Shown in pieces: positions 12,205-21,409 of a stretch of 64,000 bases of DNA. The DNA comes from an uncultured cyanobacterium. GTDB lineage: Bacteria; Cyanobacteriota; Cyanobacteriia; Cyanobacteriales; Cyanobacteriaceae. Both the position numbers and the translations under genes were made by a program. The number at the start of each line of letters is the position of its first letter. Position 1 is the first letter of the stretch. The notes under the pieces are model-generated. The model did not search any database. It saw only the letters and a list, made by a program, of their open reading frames with translations, and was not told where the DNA came from. The stretch lies in contig CAVQBA010000006.1 of assembly GCA_963710605.1 (NCBI GenBank), positions 448,001 to 512,000 of the forward strand. The letters are read 5' to 3'.

Positions 12205-13002
12205 TTATCCTTTATGACGAGCGTTAATTAACCCTCTTCTACCTTGATGATTAATTGAAGTATTCATAAATTGATAAAGGTGATTGATATGTTCGTTATC
12301 GGTAGTCATTGGCGAGATTTTTTCTAATGCTTGAACGATCGTATTTCCTGAACGGTATAACAGAGAATAAGTTTTTTTCATTAAAGATATTTCCTCACTA
12401 GAAAAACTATTTCGTCTCAAAGCCACCAAATTGAGCGAACGTACATGAGAAGGATTCCCTTCAACTAACATATAAGGAGGAACATCTCGATCGATTCGAC
12501 TCATCCCACCAAGCATTGCCATGCGACCAATTTTGACAAACTGATGAACACCTAGCATCCCACCGATAACAGCCTTGGATTCCACCTCTACATGACCTGC
12601 AAGGGCGACAGAATTAGCAATAACGATCCGATCGCCTAAAATGCAATTGTGAGCCACATGAACATAAGCCATCAATAAATTATCATTCCCAATTACAGTT
12701 TCTTCTCCTTCTCCTGTCGCCCGATTAATAGTGACATATTCACGAAAAGTATTGCGATCGCCAATTTTGACAGAACTTTTTCCCCCCTTATATTTTAAAT
12801 CTTGAGGAGCAAGACCGATCGCCGCCCCCGGAAAAATATGATTATCACAACCTATTTCTGTTGAGCCAGAAATGACGACATGAGCACCAATAGTAGTATT
12901 CGCACCAATTTTTACATCAGCACCAATAACAGCATAGGGTGCAACTTCTACAGTCGGGTGAAGTTGGGCTTTAGAATCGATAATGGCAGTAGGATGTATC
13001 AC
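12205..13002 (-). CDS. lpxA: UDP-N-acetylglucosamine acyltransferase
   Basis: IHPTAII, PQDLKY, HVAHNC, hexapeptide repeats. Confidence 0.97.
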   Translation of the reverse strand: MIHPTAIIDSKAQLHPTVEVAPYAVIGADVKIGANTTIGAHVVISGSTEIGCDNHIFPGAAIGLAPQDLKYKGGKSSVKIGDRNTFREYVTINRATGEGEETVIGNDNLLMAYVHVAHNCILGDRIVIANSVALAGHVEVESKAVIGGMLGVHQFVKIGRMAMLGGMSRIDRDVPPYMLVEGNPSHVRSLNLVALRRNSFSSEEISLMKKTYSLLYRSGNTIVQALEKISPMTTDNEHINHLYQFMNTSINHQGRRGLINARHKG

Positions 13003-13161
13003 GAATAATTAATAATTAATAATTGATAGTTGATAATTATAGTCCTCAATCATTTGTCAAAAAACAGGCGATCGATAAAAGAGATTCGCACAAAAAAACA
13101 AACTTATGTTGTCTTTAATATTTTTGGCAACTTAAATTATATCCGAGACTGAAATAAAAAA

Positions 13162-13617
13162 TTAATCAAGTAAAGAAAATAACATCTCGGCTTGTACTGC
13201 TACTTGACCATCTACAGTACCTTTACCTTGCATTTTAGCAATTCGCTGACGTTTAAATGAAAGTAGTTCAACTGTCATTATTAATTGATCTCCGGGGACA
13301 ACTTGACGACGAAAACGTGCTTTATCAATTCCAGCAAAAGCAAAAAATTTACCTTTCATTCCTGGTAACAAAGTTAAAATAACTCCTCCTACTTGTGCCA
13401 TTGCTTCTACTTGTAACACACCCGGCATTAATGGTTTAGTTGGTATATGTCCGGGGAAAAAAGGTTCATTAATTGTTACATTTTTGATTCCTACCGCTTT
13501 TTCTTCAGGTACATAGTCAATAATTCGATCGACTAAAGCAAAAGGATAACGATGGGGTAATAACTCTTGAATTTCGGTGACGGAGAAAGTTGTTTTTATC
13601 GGTTGTGTTTCGACCAT
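13162..13617 (-). CDS. fabZ: 3-hydroxyacyl-ACP dehydratase
   Basis: [30 protein letters not shown]. Confidence 0.97.
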   Translation of the reverse strand: MVETQPIKTTFSVTEIQELLPHRYPFALVDRIIDYVPEEKAVGIKNVTINEPFFPGHIPTKPLMPGVLQVEAMAQVGGVILTLLPGMKGKFFAFAGIDKARFRRQVVPGDQLIMTVELLSFKRQRIAKMQGKGTVDGQVAVQAEMLFSLLD

Positions 13618-13897
13618 TGCACAATATAAGTAATGACTTGGATGTTTGATAGCTGTTAAATGGCTATACTTTAAGCCTTCAATAGAATATCACGCTAATG
13701 GACAATGAACAATTATCAATTAGTAATCGCATAACATACTATAGTCTTACTAGATAATTATGTATTTGGAACAAGAAAAAACAATCACTTTTATCAAATA
13801 AGAAATATTAATTATTAATTATCGCCACCTTTTTTGCATATACTAAAAAATAAAGACCGATAAATTGGTAAACGTTCTCAAAATACTTTTAACCTAA

Positions 13898-14312
13898 ATG
13901 AGCAACAAAAGTATAACAGTTCCATTCGATTCGATCTATTCCAGGCTATGCCGAATTATCCGAATGGCCGAAACAACCTGGATTTCCCGAAACTATTTTG
14001 TATCTATCTACATATCGAGATGGTGGTACTGTCGGGGTGGGTATCAAAGGTAAAAAAGGTAATCATAGTATAGACTTTTTCTTCGATCGATTTTTAGGAC
14101 GACTTTGTTATGGTAAGGATGAAACTAAATTTGATGCAGCCTATATAAAGCGAGGTTCAAAATTTGAGAAGGAAGTTTACTCATATTTACAGACGGCTCG
14201 AAAGAGACTCAATCCCGATAAATGTCATCCAGCGATTTTAAATATTGAACTTTTCGATAAGTGCTTTCAAAAAGCCAAAGTGTATTCTGGTTACACAAAT
14301 ACAAATACTTAA
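13898..14312 (+). CDS. Hypothetical protein; real start probably ATG 13898 with a 1-nt insertion near 13931
   Basis: Removing one T from CGATTCG joins MSNKSITVPFDRSIPGYAELSEW... to the 13998 ORF. Confidence 0.6.
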
Positions 14313-14313
14313 G

Positions 14314-14466
14314 ATAGCAACAAACAAGTCAGTTAGGACACCTTGAGCGATTTCCCCTCCTTATTAAGGAGGAGGGACTGTCATCTGAATTTAATTCAGA
14401 TGAATGTCAACGCCCCGTAGGGTTAGGGGTGGTTAAACGTCAAGAGCGAACTCATTATCCGCTATA
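14314..14466. mobile_element. MITE-like element (ATAGC...GCTATA) with nested palindromic insert at 14374-14420
   Basis: Near-identical to the reverse complement of 40566-40676 apart from the insert. Confidence 0.7.
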
Positions 14467-14553
14467 AAAAGCTGTTTACTGACAGATACTTTACACAGCT
14501 TCAATTATAAGCACGATACGATTTAGACTTAAGTATTAAGAGCAAGCCTTTTT

Positions 14554-15014
14554 ATGAACGAACCGTTATTTAAAAATGTCCAGAATGAAGATGAGGAGAG
14601 ATTAAGAGCATATTCTCAAGCAGAGTCAACAATTACAGATTTTATTACATTAGTAAGGTCTAATATTAGTGCCGTTTATATGGCTAAGCTAAAATTTAGA
14701 GAATCTAGATTTATCTGAAAAATTAGGAGAGGATAGATTTTTATATTTATGGCTTTGCGATGTTTACTTTCATGAAGACGAAGATATGTTATCTGGTGAG
14801 TTTTTTGAAATACCAAAAGAGTTGAGGAAATGGCATCAAGTAGGGCAAAGATTAGCATTCGAATCGAGAAGATGTTTTTGATTGGATGGTAATTGAAAAT
14901 GGTCATGCTAAAGGTGGATTTACAATTCGTCTCACGAGAAATAAATTAGCCACAGAAACAGAAAAATTAGAATATGACGAATACGTGGGAATTTCATCAT
15001 ACGAGCCAATCTAA
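14554..15014 (+). CDS. DUF2314/YegJ-like protein hidden by two 1-nt insertions
   Basis: Correcting GAATC to GATC at 14701 and 14861 gives 152 aa MNEPLF...RAYSQAEST...YLWL...EDVFDWMVIENGHAKGGFTIR. Confidence 0.7.
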
Positions 15015-15036
15015 GTTATGGCAAAGGGCAAAAGTC

Positions 15037-15176
15037 AACCACCCCTAACCCCTCCTTCTAAAGGAGGGGGATTAGATACAGAGTTAAATGGAATGGCTTC
15101 AACAGACGATCGATGGCATAATTAAAACTAGTCTCCCCTAACAGGAGAGATGCCGTTCACGGGGTTAGGGGTGGTT
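15037..15176. repeat. Inverted pair of hairpin repeats (REPIN-like)
   Basis: Perfect 16-bp IR aaccacccctaacccc (15037-15052) / ggggttaggggtggtt (15161-15176). Confidence 0.75.
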
Positions 15177-15282
15177 AGAAACGCTATCAATTAGTCGGTA
15201 TTTTTGGTTCGTGATATTTTATTAATTGCTGGAGTGTGCCTCGCCCTACTAAGTAGTTTTAGTAATTTTAGTCTGGTACGAT

Positions 15283-15750
15283 ATGGATAGAGAAAAACTT
15301 TTGAAAAAACGAAATAAATTAAAAGCTAAAATCTATACTTCTGTCCGTATTGGCTTAATTAGGGAACTCATTAATTATCTCGACAGCAAGAAAGTTGAGT
15401 ACAACCTACATTTAGAATGCGATCGTGTTTTCAAAAAATATCCCACTAATTTTTCAGGTTTAAACTGGGGAATTATTCCTAATTCCCAACTGATTCATTA
15501 CCACACTATAGAGCAAAGAAATCAAATTATATCTAACGCCCTAACTGAGTATTTGAATAAGTCAGATCGGGTTTTTGTAGTTTGGAGCAATGGATTAACA
15601 CCTATATTAGAGTTATCTGTAAAGCAACTTATGGATAATATTGAACCTATTGTTAATGAAGATTTCGATATGTGGATTTTGCAGTTAGAAAAAGGGTTTT
15701 GTCTGGAGCATTATCACGAAGGATATGTAGCTTGGACAATTAACTCATAA
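15283..15750 (+). CDS. Hypothetical protein resembling CDI/polymorphic-toxin immunity proteins
   Basis: Intact 155-aa ORF; C-terminal DFDMWI...FCLEHYHEG pattern recalled from CdiI-like proteins (not searched). Confidence 0.5.
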   Translation: MDREKLLKKRNKLKAKIYTSVRIGLIRELINYLDSKKVEYNLHLECDRVFKKYPTNFSGLNWGIIPNSQLIHYHTIEQRNQIISNALTEYLNKSDRVFVVWSNGLTPILELSVKQLMDNIEPIVNEDFDMWILQLEKGFCLEHYHEGYVAWTINS

Positions 15751-15820
15751 TTTGAAATACTTAGGTAATAATGACAAATTAGAAATTAGCTCTAACTTAC
15801 TCAATTCAAAATTTTTGTTT

Positions 15821-15910
15821 GGTGGGCATTGCCCACCCTACTGACTATATTTGGCTCAAATACAATCGTTTGATCATGATATTTTGATTGGTGGGCAATG
15901 CCCACCCTAC
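15821..15910 (-). repeat. Two direct copies of a GTAG-type REP palindrome
   Basis: ggtgggcattgcccaccctac at 15821-15841 and ggtgggcaatgcccaccctac at 15890-15910. Confidence 0.8.
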
Positions 15911-15937
15911 TTTTCAATTATTAATTATTAATTATTC

Positions 15938-18131
15938 TTAAAACCAATCATCGTCATCCCAATCGTTTTCGTAGGGAATATTACGTTTACTATCCACTCG
16001 GTAACGTCTGTCTCGCTCGTCTCGAGGAGGATAATCATCATAACGGCGAGGAGATGGTTGATTAGCAGGAGGATTATTAGGTGGATTACTTGTAGGGCGA
16101 GAGATACTACTACCGCTATAAGGATAATCATTGCCACTTCTACGAGGAGGATAATTATTCACATCGTCATAATCTCTTCTACCGCCACCATAATAGTCTG
16201 GTTCTGGGTTACGATAAACATTACGTCCATCACGAGGATTATAATCATAATCGTCATCATCATCACCAATCAAGGTTTTTTTAATAGACTCAAATAACCC
16301 TTCATCTTCGTCTTGATATTGTAGTCTCACCTCTCGATTTAATTCGTATAAAACATCCTCTAAATCCGCTTGAGCCCTATCTAAACGTCAATCGTCATTT
16401 TTTTCTAAACTATCTAAAATCTCTGTACACAAATTTTCGACATCACGACGATAAGGAGTGGTAAACTGACTACCAAAATCAAGAGTCACCTCTCTTAACT
16501 TCCGTTGGGCTTGATTCTGTCATTGCCTTAGCCCGATTGCGTTTTTCGACTCTATCTCTTCTTTCTCTATCCTGTCTAGCAAATTCATCAGCTTCTGCTA
16601 CCATCCGTTCGATTTCTGATGTCGAAAGAGTTGATGCACCTTGAACAATAATACTTTGCTCTCTACCTGTAGTTTTGTCTCGTGCAATTATTTGTAGAAT
16701 ACCATTAGCATCAATATCAAAAGAGACTTGTACTTGCGGTACACCTCTTGGTGCTGGGGGAATACCCGTGAGCTTAAATCTACCTAAAGACTTGTTATCC
16801 TCCGCCATTTCTCTTTCGCCTTGCACTACATGAATTTCGACTGAAGTTTGATTGTTTTCTGATGTCGAAAAAATATCCGATCGTCTCACAGGTATAGTTG
16901 TATTACGAGGAACAATCTTTTTGGTTACCCCACCGATGGTTTCCACACCGATCGATAACGGACTCACATCAAGGAGTAAAATATCTTTAACCTCCCCCCC
17001 TAATATCCCTGCTTGTACTGCCGCACCGACTGCCACAACCTCATCTGGATTAACATTTTGATTAGGTTCTATCTCAATAAAACTACGAACTAATTCTTGT
17101 ACCATCGGGATGCGAGTTGAACCACCAACTAAAACCACCTCATCAATTTGCACAGGGCTTAAACCTGCATCTTTTAACGCTCTTTGAATCGGACGACGTA
17201 AACGAGAAACCAAGTCACCACAAAGTTCTTCAAATTTTGCCCTTGACAAAGCGGTCTCGATATGTTTAGGACCATCTTCGTTAGCGGCAATAAAAGGTAA
17301 ATTAATCTCAGAATTGCTAACACCAGACAATTCAACCTTGGCTTTTTCGGCGGCTTCTGTTAATCTTTGTAAGGATTGTCGATCGCTTCTTAAATCAATT
17401 TTTTCTGTTTCTAAAAATTCTTCAGCGAGATAATCGACTATTTTCTTATCAAAATCATTACCACCTAACTGAGTATCACCGCTAGTTGCCCTTACTTCTA
17501 AGACACCATCGCCAACTTCTAGGATTGAGACATCAAAAGTACCGCCTCCTAAATCAAATACCATCACTTTTTCCGCCCGTCTTTTTTCCAAACCGTAAGC
17601 TAAAGAAGCGGCAGTCGGCTCATTTACAATCCTTAAAACTTCTAAACCAGCAATTTTTCCGGCATCTTTTGTCGCTTGTCTTTGGGCATCATTAAAATAA
17701 GCAGGCACAGTAATCACCGCCCCTGTAACTTCTTCACCTAAATATCTTTCTGCTTCTTCGGCGAGTTTACGTATAATCATTGCCGAAACTTCTTCGGGGG
17801 CAAATTCTTTTTTGATGCGAGGGCAACGAATTTTAATGTTATCCATATCATCCCGACGGATAGTATATGGTACACGTTTACTTTGATCATTTAATTCGCT
17901 GTATCTACGCCCCATGTATCTTTTTAATCCATAGTAGGTATTTTTAGGGTTTAAAACAGCTTGTCGTCTCGCCATTTGCCCTACTACTAATTCGCCGTCT
18001 TTATTAAAACCGACGACAGAGGGAGTGGTGCGACTACCTTCAGAATTCGGAATGACTAATGGTTTTCCTCCTTCCATTACTGCTACTACTGAGTTAGTTG
18101 TACCTAAATCTATACCTACTACTCTTCCCAT
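15938..18131 (-). CDS. dnaK: Hsp70 chaperone, cyanobacterial DnaK3 type with low-complexity tail ending DWDDDDWF; 1-nt insertion near 16515 and TGA at 16388
   Basis: [23 protein letters not shown]; repairing GAATC to GATC and CGATTG to CGATCG joins it to the 15938-16330 ORF. Confidence 0.93.
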
Positions 18132-18514
18132 TGCTAATTTTTTCTCCAGTTTTACGATCGCTATTTATTAATGGACAATTGATAATTGATTAATCAATAT
18201 TAAAAAACTTCTCAAAAAAAAAGAGGATAAAATTTTTCATCTTTCTTTGTTTTCCCATTCTCTACTTCTAAGTAGAGGTGATTGTTAATTGTCCATTGTA
18301 CATTGTTAATTGTTGAAAATTTACTATTAATTATGATAGTGTCTATTGTATCGAATCACGTTTCATAGTTGATAGTTAATAGCTTAAACTTTAAAGCTCT
18401 ACGCCAATCACTTTGATTTTACTTTTTACTTATTATTTCTTCTCTATTATTTTCATACCTAATACCTAAACTCTATAAGAGCAATAAATTAGATTTATTG
18501 CTCTGCCAAAATAC

Positions 18515-20273
18515 CTAGAAAGTGAAGGTTAACCTTAATGTACCAATTACCACATCAGGATTTCGAGAAGATTGATTAGGTGCAGTTAACCAGATAACAC
18601 CAGGAGTTAAAGAAATATTATTTGTCATTTTGTGAATGTAAAATGCCTCAATATGCCAAGGAATAGAATTTCCGGCAATTAAATCTGTATAATCATCTCC
18701 TAAATCTGACCCAAACCAATTACCTCCAGTACGATAAACTTCGGGAACTTCTGCTTTGCTTGCGTAGGGTGATGCTCCCACTACAATACCTCCTAAATTA
18801 CCTTCTTTAAACAAGTCTGGAAATGCAAAAGCAATTCCATAGGTTAAGATATCGGCTTTACTACCTTGATATTCCACTAGATTAAATGCGTCTGTACCAC
18901 CTGAAGTATTAACCTGATTATAGGCAAACCAACCATTTACAGCAAACTTAGGACTTAATTCCCATAAAGCTTGGAGACCATAGGAATTAACATTTACTTG
19001 TTGAGTCGGAACTACAGGGAAATTTGCTAAAGTCGTTCCCTGATCGTTGAAAAAAATCGGTAAACTGTTAAAAGGAGTTTCTACAGAATGGTAGCTATGG
19101 CTATAGGTTAAACCAAAGGAAAAATTATCGCTCGGTTGAACGGTTAATTGTGCTAAGGCTGAGTATCTACCATTAAATAACCCTCCTGCAAAGGGATTAC
19201 TTGCGTCTGGACTGCTAGGATTATTAGCATAAGTAGCTAAGTAACCCGCACTGAGGCTAATACTGTCGCTAAAATTATAGGTGACACCGATACCCGAATC
19301 CTATATAGTTATAAATTGCACTACGTTGTCCAAAAACCGAAAGAGAGCCTGTACCTCCATTATCGTCATCCCAACTACTAAAGGTGGTGGGTACATAGTC
19401 GTGGTGTTCTCCTCCTGTACCCATGATTACAACTTCAGCTTTATCCCCGATCGGAAATTGATAGCTTAATTCAGTTATCCCGACTGAATTATCACCAGGT
19501 AAATCGGCAATATCGTTAAAAGTTTGTTGAGCTTCAGAAGAAAAAGCTAAACCTCCTTGATACCCCCGTAAAGGGTTAGGTTCCATATTGAAATCCCCCG
19601 GACGATTAGGATGGGGAAAATTACCACTAGTCAGACGAATTTTGAGTCGATCTTGACCTGTAAAACTGGTGATTAAATCCAAACGAACTCGGTTAGCAAA
19701 AACAGTTTGTTGACTAGGATTGTCTATATCTATATTTCCCGTAGGACTAAAAATAGCAGGAAAAGTTGAGGTTGAATCATCTCCTGCTAAAACATCTGTT
19801 ATGGCAAAAATAACTTCCCCTTGTAATTTGGTGGTGGTGGAAAATTGATTATCTTCTAAGAACGCTACTCTGCCTTCTAGGTTATCAACTCTTGCACCTA
19901 AAGCGGCTAATTCTGCTTCAAATTCAGTAACTAAACGCTGTAGTGTGGCTACATCTTCTCTTAATACTGACTCGCTACCTGCGATTAAACGCTCCATTTG
20001 TTGCATACAAGCATTTAAACCTGCGGCAAATTCGTAACGGCTTAAAGCACGATTGCCACGGAAGGTACAATCTGGGTAACCGACAATACAACCGTAACGT
20101 TCCACTAAACTTGTTAAAGCTTCGTAAGCCCAATCTGTAGGGGATACATCTCTTAACTGGGATACTGAGTTAACTTGGTTGAGTTTATTCTCTTCTAACT
20201 CAATAGCGATCGCTCCTTCTATATTCCAAAGCAACGATAATCCTAAGATTACCTTAATACTAGGCTTCCACAT
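18515..20273 (-). CDS. SLH-domain OprB-type outer membrane porin (iron-uptake porin family); 1-nt insertion near 19298
   Basis: Signal peptide, SVSQLRDVSPTDWAYEALTSLVERYGC SLH domain, NQFSTTTKLQGE, terminal GTLRLTFTF; AGGAG before ATG 20273; frame restored by GATTC to GATC. Confidence 0.9.
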
Positions 20274-20406
20274 AAATCTCCTCACTAAATAATTATGATA
20301 ATGATTCTCATTATTTTTAATAGTAATATAATAATGGTAATCATTATCATTTTTTTAAGAGAACCAATGATTGAATTTTCTCAATGGTATAGAGGTCTTA
20401 ACTTAC
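20206..20406. repeat. Copy 1 of a ~200-bp direct repeat (porin 5' end, divergent promoter, lanM 5' end)
   Basis: Near-identical to 21209-21409; both begin at HIP1 GCGATCGC. Confidence 0.95.
20297..20348. promoter_or_regulatory. Two Fur boxes
   Basis: GATAATGATTCTCATTATT (20297-20315, 16/19) and AATAATGGTAATCATTATC (20330-20348, 17/19) against GATAATGATAATCATTATC. Confidence 0.8.
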
Positions 20407-20483
20407 AGGAACGACAAATCTTACTTGAACAAAACGAGTTTGATGAAGCTGAGAAGGTAATCTTTTTTGATAAAGGGTGATCG

Positions 20484-20906
20484 CTATCTCGTCCAATCTT
20501 CTACACGAGCAATACCAATACTGACAAAATCATTAACATTAACCGTAATTATGGTCAATTTATTAGCATTGGCAATAGCGGCAATACGACAGTCTTGTGT
20601 ACCAATTCTTTTTATTTTGGCAGGAAGTAACTGATAAATGCTTTCAGCTTCTGGGGTATAAGACAAAATTTGAAAGTGATGTAGTGCAACAAATAAGTCT
20701 TCAAAATATTGGTAAGCATAGGTTACAGATGATTTTCTTTTGACTTTTTGCACAGAGGCTAAAGCACCTTGTAATATCTCTTCAACGGTAATAATGCTAA
20801 TGAAAATTTGTTCAGGTGGTTGACTCAAAATTTTAGCTGTTAGTTGAGGATAGTAACGTCTCTCATCCAAGAAATTACTAACAACACTAGTATCCAGAAG
20901 GTACAT
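20484..20906 (-). CDS. vapC: PIN-domain VapC toxin
   Basis: MYLLDTSVVS, ITVEE, DCRIAAIA, TVNVNDF, VEDW. Confidence 0.92.
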   Translation of the reverse strand: MYLLDTSVVSNFLDERRYYPQLTAKILSQPPEQIFISIITVEEILQGALASVQKVKRKSSVTYAYQYFEDLFVALHHFQILSYTPEAESIYQLLPAKIKRIGTQDCRIAAIANANKLTIITVNVNDFVSIGIARVEDWTR

Positions 20907-21097
20907 TAATCTTGTTTGTCCGATTTAAGATCTAAAAGCTTTTTTGTTTCTTCTCTATCTATTTTGCGACAATGTTTAATTTCTGACTGCGTAAAATGCC
21001 AAAATTCTCCTCCAAACTTACCAGCGATATTAATTAAAGGGTTATCAATTACTTGTTTTTTTTCAGACTGTTTGTGAGAAATTTTATTTTCCATCAT
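20906..21097 (-). CDS. Putative antitoxin of VapC
   Basis: 63-aa ORF overlapping the vapC start by 1 nt (TAATG coupling). Confidence 0.65.
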   Translation of the reverse strand: MMENKISHKQSEKKQVIDNPLINIAGKFGGEFWHFTQSEIKHCRKIDREETKKLLDLKSDKQD

Positions 21098-21208
21098 TTT
21101 GCCCGTAACTGTTGCTTGTAATGTTCATTATAGTTTAAACAGTTGGTCAGTACGATCGAATTTTAGAAGAGTTTGGAGTACGATCGCCTTTTTGTCGAGG
21201 TGAGAGGT

Positions 21209-21409
21209 GCGATCGCTCCTTCTACATTCCAAAGCAACGATAATCCTAAGATTACCTTAATGCTAGGCTTCCACATAAATCTCCTCACTAAATAATTATG
21301 ATTATTATTCTCATTATTTTTAATAGTAATATAATAATGGTAATCATTATCATTTTTTTTGGAGAACCAATGATTGAATTTTCTCAATGGTATAGAGGAC
21401 TTAATTTAC
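21209..21409. repeat. Copy 2 of the ~200-bp direct repeat
   Basis: Offset 1003 bp from copy 1; holds a dead-end porin start and the real lanM start. Confidence 0.95.
21333..21351. promoter_or_regulatory. Fur box upstream of lanM
   Basis: AATAATGGTAATCATTATC (17/19), 18 nt before the lanM ATG; neighbouring box at 21300-21318 is only 14/19. Confidence 0.8.

Noticed and set aside
14676-14906. 76-aa minus-strand ORF
   Set aside because: Shadow of the repaired DUF2314-like gene on the plus strand
12205-18131. No lpxC/lpxB beside fabZ-lpxA and no dnaJ after dnaK
   Set aside because: Operon fragmentation is common in cyanobacteria; the genes may lie outside the window
20295-20480. 61-aa ORF, plus 21163-21387 and the lanM extension from 21298
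   Set aside because: By-products of the promoter duplication; the Ile-rich parts are translated Fur boxes
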